From Escherichia coli (GTDB lineage: Bacteria > Pseudomonadota > Gammaproteobacteria > Enterobacterales > Enterobacteriaceae), in the NCBI RefSeq assembly GCF_003334785.1, contig NZ_QOWV01000001.1: 64,000 nucleotides of DNA; one strand, written 5' to 3'. The notes under the pieces are model-generated. The model was not told the origin of the DNA and ran no database searches. It saw nothing but the letters and a program-made list of their open reading frames with translations. Positions 10,540 to 16,972 of this stretch are shown in pieces (the first letter of the stretch is position 1; every line of letters begins with the position of its first letter). The position numbers and the translations under genes were made by a program.

Positions 10540-11592
10540 TTACGGGGTAATGCCAACCGCTGCCGCCACTTTGTCGCCACTTGGCAGCGTTGCCAGAGGA
10601 TTGAAACGGAGCGCCGTTTCTAGATGATCCGGTGCCAGATGTGCGTAACGCATAGTCATTTTTATATCGTGGTGTCCGAGAATTTTTTGTAAGGCCAGAA
10701 TGTTTCCACCCGACATCATGAAGTGCGCCGCAAACGTATGGCGCAGAACGTGTGTGAGTTGACCGCGAGGGAGCACGATAGACGTTTTTTCCATCACGGA
10801 TAAAAATTGAAAATAGCAGTCTGTGAAGAAATTGAACCCATCAAGCGCCATGATCTCTTCGTAAAGCTCTTTACTGATAGGGATGCTTCTGTTTTTCTTC
10901 CCCTTCGTTCTGACAAAGGTAATTCGGTATTTGGTCACCTGTGAGCGGGTAAGATTTACGGCTTCACGCCAGCGTGCGCCTGTGCTTAAGCATATCTTAA
11001 CTACCAGTGCCAGAATTGGGTCCTGACGTTTGCAATCAGCCAGCAATTCAACAATCTGCTCATGGGTAAGCCATGCCATCTCTTTTTCTGCGATGGTGAA
11101 TTTTCGCATGTTCTCCAGTGGGTTCGGATACGACCATTCGCCCAGACGGGATAGTTCGCTAAAAACACTACTTAGATAGCTTTGCTCCAGGTTAATGGTG
11201 ACCGGGCTTGCTCCTTTCTTCCATTTCTCGCTGAAGTAGATCTCGCCTGTCAGGCGTTTATCTCGATAGTGGGCAAACATTTTAGAGGTGAGATCGGTTG
11301 CAAGAGGATTGCCCAGAGCGTCAACCATCAACAGCAATTTGTCATAGACATGCTGCCCAGCTGTCAGAGATTTACCATGTAGTTTGAACCATAGCTCAAC
11401 CACGTCTTTCAGTGTTCGACGATCCACTGATTCACCCAGCCAGGGCTTTGCTTCGGTTTCTTCCATCGTGTGGCGCTCAAAAGCCAGTGCTTCGCCTTTG
11501 GTGGCGAATTGTTTACGCACACGACGCCCACTTCGTCCGGCGGGGTAACATTCGCAAAGCCATTTCCCTGTGGTTAGTTTTCGTACTGCCAT
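10540..11592 (-). CDS. int: Tyrosine-recombinase integrase (P2/186 type)
   Basis: 350 aa starting MAVRKLTTGKWLCECYPAGRSGRRVRKQF.... The C-terminal catalytic region has TGARWREA, HVLRHTFAAH and GHHDIKMTMRYAHL (R-H-R-Y signature). It is adjacent to attL. Confidence 0.95.
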   Translation of the reverse strand: MAVRKLTTGKWLCECYPAGRSGRRVRKQFATKGEALAFERHTMEETEAKPWLGESVDRRTLKDVVELWFKLHGKSLTAGQHVYDKLLLMVDALGNPLATDLTSKMFAHYRDKRLTGEIYFSEKWKKGASPVTINLEQSYLSSVFSELSRLGEWSYPNPLENMRKFTIAEKEMAWLTHEQIVELLADCKRQDPILALVVKICLSTGARWREAVNLTRSQVTKYRITFVRTKGKKNRSIPISKELYEEIMALDGFNFFTDCYFQFLSVMEKTSIVLPRGQLTHVLRHTFAAHFMMSGGNILALQKILGHHDIKMTMRYAHLAPDHLETALRFNPLATLPSGDKVAAAVGITP

Positions 11593-11616
11593 AAAAAGCC
11601 CTCATATCAGAGGGCT
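11593..11616 (-). terminator. Hairpin plus T-run immediately upstream of the int start codon
   Basis: The minus strand reads AGCCCTC-TGATAT-GAGGGCT-TTTT-ATG(int). It is terminator-like, and its 3' arm GAGGG is also the only Shine-Dalgarno candidate for int. Confidence 0.55.
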
Positions 11617-11674
11617 AAATTTAACTGTATATGTAACCAGTAATCAATGTGTGATTACTATGAAACATACATTG

Positions 11675-13351
11675 CTAAGCAACATGTAGTTCATCGTTGG
11701 CGGAAGTGGCTGCTTTGCGCTCCTGCTCAATAGCTAGAGACTCTCTATATTCTTTCGCCTCTGCAAACATTGTCCAGTGGGCGTTGATGTTCATGTCTTC
11801 AATAACTGATTTGATTTCTTTTAAATTTACGTTAAAAAACTCTTTTCGTGAGTTAATTTTATTGACCTGCTTTTCGTTGAAAACTTTATGCAGATGGTTT
11901 TCTAATGATGGTGCATCATCACTATAAATCATCGCATGAACATCGAACGAAAAAGGAACACTAGCATCTCCGAGTTCACGAACACGATCAAGTGGTTCAA
12001 GGCGGCGTGTCATTCCAATTTTATATACATCTTCGCCAAATGAACCAATATTACTAATGATATAGACGTGGCCTGATCTGGTTTGTTGAGCCATAGAAAT
12101 AGCTCGTTGATTTTTAGCTTCAGCTTCTTCATATTTTAACTGTAGTTCAGCTATTTTTTGCTCTAAAGCTAAGCGTTGTTCTTCATTTGCAAGCATAAGT
12201 TCTTTCGTTGCTTTATTTATAGCTTGCTGAATAGCTTTTTCTTCTTTTTCAGCTTCTTTTATCGCTTTTTCATATTCTCTACGAGCTCTTTCCTCTTCAC
12301 GAAGCTGTTCTTTAATCCTTCTTTGCTCTTCTTTTTCTTCGAGCATAATTTCATTAACTGCTACACCCCATTTTAGCTCGTTGAGTCTTGCCTGAAGATA
12401 GATGTCACTTATTTTTGCGGACCTAAAGGCAGAGCCATTGTAATTTACTAGTTGAAATGCATCTTTTATTTCTTGGGAAAGTTTTCCAAAATTGTTGTGT
12501 TTGACTTTTGATAAAATACTGTCAACTCTTCCATTGAAGGCATCCAAAACAAAGTTTATGGCAGTATTACGCCTGTTTTGCTCAACATAATCACACGAAG
12601 CAGCTTTATTAGTTTTTATTAATGATTTGGTTAACTCTCTGGCTTTTTGTAATTCCTTGCCTGCATCTGTAAATTCATAATTTTCTGCCAGCTCATCAAG
12701 TACACTACGGTTAGGGATGATCCATTCATCACCATAACCTTCAATTTTATTTTTCATTGATTTTGCAACTGCTTCATATTTTTCTGCAAACTCTTTAGCT
12801 TCATATGCTGAACCAGCAATCTCCTTTGCTCTTTCTTCTGCATCAGAAATAATTTTTACTGCATTGTCATTAGCATTTGAGATTAGCTCATTTGCTTTAT
12901 TATTAGCATTATCAAGACGTTCTTTGGCTTTCAGGCGTGCATCGCGAGCGTCTTTGGTGATTGCTATAGCTTCGCTATTAGCGTTGCTTATTGTCATCTG
13001 AGCTTGATAATTTGCTTCGTTTACTGTTTTAGCCGCCTTAATTTGGGCTTCATCTATTTTTTGCTTGGCTATTGAGTCCGCATTTTTTATCTTATTCTCT
13101 GCATCCATTACTGCGCTGTGCAATTCTTCGTATTGCCACAATGGTGCTGCTCGCCCTTCAAGCTCTGATAATTCTCGTACGGTCTGTGCTAGTTTTTCTT
13201 GATTTTCAATCAGTTGGTTAGAAAGGGCTATGTTGTTAGCTGTCAGGTTATCTATAGCCGCTTTGTGTTTTTTACTTTGTTTAAATAATATTACAGCTAG
13301 AACAGGGGCGAGAAATGCTAATAAGAGTATAACGATGGCAAATGAATTCAT
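11675..13351 (-). CDS. Membrane-anchored coiled-coil protein with DUF4041-like core and C-terminal T5orf172/GIY-YIG-like nuclease domain (candidate anti-phage effector)
   Basis: 558 aa. Residues 4-23 are hydrophobic (FAIVILLLAFLAPVLAVILF) and followed by KQSKKHK. Residues ~30-200 and ~335-425 are charged heptad-like regions. Residues ~205-330 (YGDEWIIPNRSVLDELAENYEFTDAGKELQKAR...) look DUF4041-like. Residues ~428-520 (GHVYIISN..VYKIGMTRR..RVRELG..EFF) look T5orf172-like. An RBS AAAGGA lies 7 nt before the ATG, and the gene is AT-rich relative to its neighbours. Confidence 0.85.
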   Translation of the reverse strand: MNSFAIVILLLAFLAPVLAVILFKQSKKHKAAIDNLTANNIALSNQLIENQEKLAQTVRELSELEGRAAPLWQYEELHSAVMDAENKIKNADSIAKQKIDEAQIKAAKTVNEANYQAQMTISNANSEAIAITKDARDARLKAKERLDNANNKANELISNANDNAVKIISDAEERAKEIAGSAYEAKEFAEKYEAVAKSMKNKIEGYGDEWIIPNRSVLDELAENYEFTDAGKELQKARELTKSLIKTNKAASCDYVEQNRRNTAINFVLDAFNGRVDSILSKVKHNNFGKLSQEIKDAFQLVNYNGSAFRSAKISDIYLQARLNELKWGVAVNEIMLEEKEEQRRIKEQLREEERARREYEKAIKEAEKEEKAIQQAINKATKELMLANEEQRLALEQKIAELQLKYEEAEAKNQRAISMAQQTRSGHVYIISNIGSFGEDVYKIGMTRRLEPLDRVRELGDASVPFSFDVHAMIYSDDAPSLENHLHKVFNEKQVNKINSRKEFFNVNLKEIKSVIEDMNINAHWTMFAEAKEYRESLAIEQERKAATSANDELHVA

Positions 13352-13371
13352 TTTAAAATCCTTTTACTATA

Positions 13372-13968
13372 TTAATTCGAGACTATTGTACTTCTTATAC
13401 AAGCAACCACTTCAATATCAGAAAATGCACATTCAAAGCTATTCTCTGCTGTTGTAATTTTAATCATTCCTTTAGGAAGCCTTGTGATTTTTCGAATGGA
13501 ATAGGTTCCGTCGATATTGATTAACCAGTTTCCATCAAGTACTTCAGAAAATTTTTGATCACAAATGTATGTGACGAGTCCATCCTGAACAACAATTGGT
13601 GATGAAAGGTTTGCAGGAAGAAATGATGAATCGAAGACATATGAACCGTCTTCAATCATTTTGCCTGCGGCAAGGCGAAACTTAACAAGCTCTTCTGTAG
13701 CTGCTGTCAGCGAGCTTTGCTTAAGGCCTTGTCCGGTAGTTAACCATTTGAGGGAGGTTCCTGTTTCAAGAGCACATTGGATTATCCAGTCAGCAGGAAA
13801 TGTATCCCGCAAATACCTGTTCGCTAGTGTGCTTTTTGATACTTCCAAGTGATCAGCTAAAGCCTGTCGTGTCGTAAAGCCATAGGCTTCGACTAATCGC
13901 TCAATCGCAGCCTTACCACCTTTATTGGGATTTATTTTGATCTCACTTGGGTACTTTGATGTTGACAT
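13372..13968 (-). CDS. cI: Phage 186-type CI immunity repressor
   Basis: 198 aa. The N-terminal HTH region ERLVEAYGFTTRQALADHLEVSKSTLANRYLRDTFPADWIIQCALETGTSLKWLTTGQG resembles 186 CI as I recall it. It is divergent from the apl-cII early operon. Confidence 0.85.
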   Translation of the reverse strand: MSTSKYPSEIKINPNKGGKAAIERLVEAYGFTTRQALADHLEVSKSTLANRYLRDTFPADWIIQCALETGTSLKWLTTGQGLKQSSLTAATEELVKFRLAAGKMIEDGSYVFDSSFLPANLSSPIVVQDGLVTYICDQKFSEVLDGNWLINIDGTYSIRKITRLPKGMIKITTAENSFECAFSDIEVVACIRSTIVSN

Positions 13969-13990
13969 ATCTCTTTTGCGATCCTAGTAT
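13962..13990 (+). promoter_or_regulatory. Candidate early lytic promoter (pR/Pe equivalent)
   Basis: TTGACA (13962-13967), a 17-nt spacer, then TAGTAT (13985-13990). The -35 overlaps the cI start codon and the promoter points into apl-cII. Confidence 0.6.
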
Positions 13991-13997
13991 CAGTTTT

Positions 13998-14013
13998 GTA
14001 CCCAATTGGGTAC
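13998..14013. promoter_or_regulatory. Perfect 16-bp palindrome, candidate repressor operator
   Basis: GTACCCAATTGGGTAC lies immediately downstream of the candidate -10. An extra half-site TTGGGTAC is at 13947-13954. Confidence 0.5.
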
Positions 14014-14063
14014 TTGTCACGATTACTACAGGCTCACCACAAGCCAATAGGAGATGTTGCATC

Positions 14064-14285
14064 ATGACCCCTAACATTTCAATAACTCTGAATACGCCAC
14101 ACGTCACAATCGAGCGTTATAGCGAACTTACTGGTCTTTCAATCGACACAATCAACGATATGTTGGCGGATGGTCGCATTCCTCGGCATCGTCTTCGTAA
14201 AGACAAGAAAAGAGAAAAGGTAATGATCAACCTTGCTGCTCTTACCGTTGATGCACTTACTGATTGCAATGTTGTATTCAACTAG
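14064..14285 (+). CDS. Apl/Cox-like small HTH excisionase-repressor
   Basis: 73 aa from ATG 14064, with an AGGAG about 9 nt upstream. [32 protein letters not shown] is HTH-like. It is the first gene of the rightward operon, as apl is in 186 and cox in P2. Confidence 0.7.
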   Translation: MTPNISITLNTPHVTIERYSELTGLSIDTINDMLADGRIPRHRLRKDKKREKVMINLAALTVDALTDCNVVFN

Positions 14286-14317
14286 TTCCATTTTGGGATA
14301 CATCAGAGGTGTCGACC

Positions 14318-14827
14318 ATGTTTGATTACCAAGTTTCCAAACATCCACATTTTGATGAAGCCTGTCGAGCATTCGCACTGCGCCACAATCTGGTGCAACT
14401 GGCAGAACGTGCGGGCATGAATGTGCAGATTCTGCGGAACAAGCTGAACCCAGCTCAACCTCATTTATTAACCGCACCAGAAATCTGGCTGCTTACCGAT
14501 CTGACTGAAGATTCAACGTTGGTAGATGGTTTTCTGGCACAGATTCATTGTCTGCCATGTGTACCGATTAATGAGGTAGCAAAAGAGAAACTGCCGCATT
14601 ACGTCATGAGCGCAACTGCAGAGATCGGGCGTGTTGCAGCAGGTGCGGTATCTGGTGATGTAAAAACTAGTGCCGGTCGTCGTGATGCTATCAGCAGCAT
14701 TAACTCTGTAACACGACTGATGGCGCTGGCTGCTGTTTCATTGCAAGCCCGTTTACAGGCTAATCCTGCGATGGCGAGTGCAGTTGATACCATGACTGGC
14801 CTTGGTGCTTCATTCGGTTTGCTGTGA
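14318..14827 (+). CDS. cII: Phage 186-type CII lysogeny-establishment activator
   Basis: 169 aa from ATG 14318 (RBS AGAGG). [45 protein letters not shown]...[26 protein letters not shown] closely resembles 186 CII as I recall it. Confidence 0.85.
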   Translation: MFDYQVSKHPHFDEACRAFALRHNLVQLAERAGMNVQILRNKLNPAQPHLLTAPEIWLLTDLTEDSTLVDGFLAQIHCLPCVPINEVAKEKLPHYVMSATAEIGRVAAGAVSGDVKTSAGRRDAISSINSVTRLMALAAVSLQARLQANPAMASAVDTMTGLGASFGLL

Positions 14828-14834
14828 GGTGTTT

Positions 14835-15131
14835 ATGCTGACGAAAGAACCATCATTTGCATCGCTGCTGGTAAAACAAAGCCCGGCAATGCACTACGGT
14901 CACGGCTGGATCACGGGTGAGGATGGAAAACGCTGGCATCCATGTCATTCACAAGATGAATTGCTGTCTGAATTGACCACGAGGAAACGGAGAAAGTCCA
15001 AATGTATGCGGCAGAAAGTGAAGTGGTTTATCAGTTTCGTTACAGAGGGGAGAGTTATTCAGTACCTGAAGATGATTTGCTCTGTTGCTATCCGTCATTG
15101 TCGGGCGATGGCAGTTACTTTTTCACGTTAA
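14835..15131 (+). CDS. Hypothetical early protein (position of fil in 186)
   Basis: 98-aa ORF from ATG 14835 (RBS GAGGTG). The first ~55 aa look protein-like (MLTKEPSFASLLVKQSPAMHYGHGWITGEDGKRWHPCHSQDELL), but the tail overlaps the next ORF by 130 nt and looks like noise. Confidence 0.4.
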   Translation: MLTKEPSFASLLVKQSPAMHYGHGWITGEDGKRWHPCHSQDELLSELTTRKRRKSKCMRQKVKWFISFVTEGRVIQYLKMICSVAIRHCRAMAVTFSR

Positions 15132-15226
15132 AGGATGGGACGTTTTTACGGGGAGAGCAGGTTAAAGAGACGATACGAAAAAATGTATCTCCTCTTGAGC
15201 GTTACCGTAAGAACAAAGAACGATAG
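15002..15226 (+). CDS. Hypothetical early protein
   Basis: 74-aa ORF with GGAG about 10 nt upstream. It overlaps the 3' part of the previous ORF in another frame. Confidence 0.45.
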   Translation: MYAAESEVVYQFRYRGESYSVPEDDLLCCYPSLSGDGSYFFTLKDGTFLRGEQVKETIRKNVSPLERYRKNKER

Positions 15227-15248
15227 CTGCGTTTGGGGGATATGAAGT

Positions 15249-15590
15249 ATGGCAATTAATGGCGCTGCAGCAACTGTTCCATTAAGCCCCGGTGAACGCC
15301 TGAATGGACTTAATCACATTGCGGAGTTAAGGGCGAAAGTTTTTGGCCTGAATATTGAGTCAGAGCTTGAGCGGTTTATTAAAGATATGCGTGATCCACG
15401 GGATATCAATAATGAACAAAATAAACGGGCACTGGCTGCCATATTCTTTATGGCAAAAATTCCAGCTGAACGTCATAGCATCAGCATTAATGAGCTGACC
15501 ACTGACGAAAAGCGGGAGCTGATTAAAGCAATGAATCATTTTCGTGCAGTGGTGAGCTTATTTCCCAGACGGCTAACCATGCCGAATTAA
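15249..15590 (+). CDS. Hypothetical early protein
   Basis: 113-aa ORF in the early operon, non-overlapping. No motif recognised. Confidence 0.55.
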   Translation: MAINGAAATVPLSPGERLNGLNHIAELRAKVFGLNIESELERFIKDMRDPRDINNEQNKRALAAIFFMAKIPAERHSISINELTTDEKRELIKAMNHFRAVVSLFPRRLTMPN

Positions 15591-15657
15591 CCAACTAATG
15601 AAATTAATGGCGTAAACCCGCCGGGCATCCCTTTATCTAAATTCAGGAGAATTGATT

Positions 15658-15891
15658 ATGCGTAATATTGAAACCCTCACGACTAAAACCGGACCGGATG
15701 ACGCAGGGCTTAATATTTTACTGACAGAGGCTCGTCTGGAAGAACGCCGGGCAAGGGCTGAAGCAATGGCTGCTCGCCTTGATAGCCTGGCGTGTCATAT
15801 CTCATCCCGCCAGCTAAACCACGTGGAAGCGGCAGAACTGCTGCGCGTGACTGCTGAAGCAATCCAGAACGAAGCGCAGGAGATCCACTAA
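15658..15891 (+). CDS. Hypothetical early protein
   Basis: 77 aa from ATG 15658 (AGGAGA 7 nt upstream; the track start 15652 is a TTG). Helical and Ala/Glu/Arg-rich. Its stop overlaps the next start (TAATG). Confidence 0.55.
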   Translation: MRNIETLTTKTGPDDAGLNILLTEARLEERRARAEAMAARLDSLACHISSRQLNHVEAAELLRVTAEAIQNEAQEIH

Positions 15892-16118
15892 TGGCTGATG
15901 CAATGGATCTCGTACAGCAGCGCGTTGAAGAAGAACGCCAGCGCCATATCCGTGCAGCCCGTGCCAAATCACCGGGCGTGTCACGCGTACTTTGCATTGA
16001 ATGTGAAGCGCCAATTCCGCCAGCACGACGCCGCGCCATTCCGGGAGTGCAGCTTTGCATTACCTGTCAGGAAATCGCAGAACTGAAAGGCAAACATTAC
16101 AACGGAGGTGCTGTATGA
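15891..16118 (+). CDS. TraR/DksA-family C4 zinc-finger protein (P2 orf82-like)
   Basis: 75 aa with CIECEAPIP...CITCQ (CxxC-N17-CxxC) following a coiled N-terminus, typical of phage TraR-like proteins. Confidence 0.8.
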   Translation: MADAMDLVQQRVEEERQRHIRAARAKSPGVSRVLCIECEAPIPPARRRAIPGVQLCITCQEIAELKGKHYNGGAV

Positions 16119-16972
16119 GCACCATCCTGAAATGGGCGGGAAATAAAACCGCCATTATGCCAGAACTGAAAAAATACCTTCCTGCTGGCCCGCGACTGGT
16201 TGAACCTTTCGCGGGTTCCTGTGCTGTGATGATGGAAACGGATTATCCCAGCTATCTGGTTGCGGATATTAATCCTGATTTAATCAACCTCTATAAAAAG
16301 GTTGCCGCTGATTGTGAATCGTTTATATCTCGCGCCAGAGTTTTATTTGAGATCGCAAACAGGGAGGTGGCTTATTACAACATAAGGCAGGAGTTTAACT
16401 GCTCAACTGAAATTACTGATTTCATGAAAGCGGTATATTTCCTGTATCTCAATCGTCACGGTTACCGTGGTTTATGTCGCTATAACAAGAGCGGGCATTT
16501 CAACATTCCCTACGGTAATTATAAAAATCCGTATTTCCCTGAAAAAGAACTTCGTACATTTGCAGAAAAAGCCCAGCGAGCAACGTTTATCTGCGCCAGC
16601 TTTGATGAAACGCTGGCGATGTTGAAGGCGGGAGATGTGGTGTATTGCGATCCGCCATATGACGGTACGTTTTCCGGCTATCACACTGATGGTTTCACTG
16701 AAGATGACCAGTATCACCTGGCATCCGTTCTTGAACATCGGTCATCAGAAGGACATCCGGTCATTGTTTCTAACAGTGACACATCCCTGATCCGTTCGCT
16801 GTATCGCAATTTTACTCACCACTATATCAAGGTAAAACGCAGCATCGGTGTGGCAGCTGGCGAGGGTAAATCAGCAACAGAAATCATTGCTGTTTCCGGG
16901 CCGCGCTGCTGGATGGGATTTGATTATTCGCGTGGCGTGGATAGTTCTGCCGTGTACGGAGTACGTGCATGA
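16115..16972 (+). CDS. dam: Prophage DNA adenine methyltransferase (Dam family)
   Basis: 285 aa from ATG 16115 (ATGA overlap with the upstream stop). It has [23 protein letters not shown], the SAM motif EPFAGSCAV and the catalytic DPPY (VYCDPPYDG). Confidence 0.9.
   Translation: MSTILKWAGNKTAIMPELKKYLPAGPRLVEPFAGSCAVMMETDYPSYLVADINPDLINLYKKVAADCESFISRARVLFEIANREVAYYNIRQEFNCSTEITDFMKAVYFLYLNRHGYRGLCRYNKSGHFNIPYGNYKNPYFPEKELRTFAEKAQRATFICASFDETLAMLKAGDVVYCDPPYDGTFSGYHTDGFTEDDQYHLASVLEHRSSEGHPVIVSNSDTSLIRSLYRNFTHHYIKVKRSIGVAAGEGKSATEIIAVSGPRCWMGFDYSRGVDSSAVYGVRA

Noticed and set aside
12176-12376. 66-aa Phe/Ser-rich plus-strand ORF inside the 558-aa gene
   Set aside because: It is the complement of the Lys/Glu-rich coiled-coil codons (AAA/GAA read as TTT/TTC), a low-complexity artefact.
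13947-14063. Long form (112 aa) of the apl/cox-like ORF starting at 13947
   Set aside because: The extension would start inside the cI start region and run across the promoter and operator. The ATG at 14064 has an AGGAG and gives a 73-aa protein of typical Apl/Cox size.
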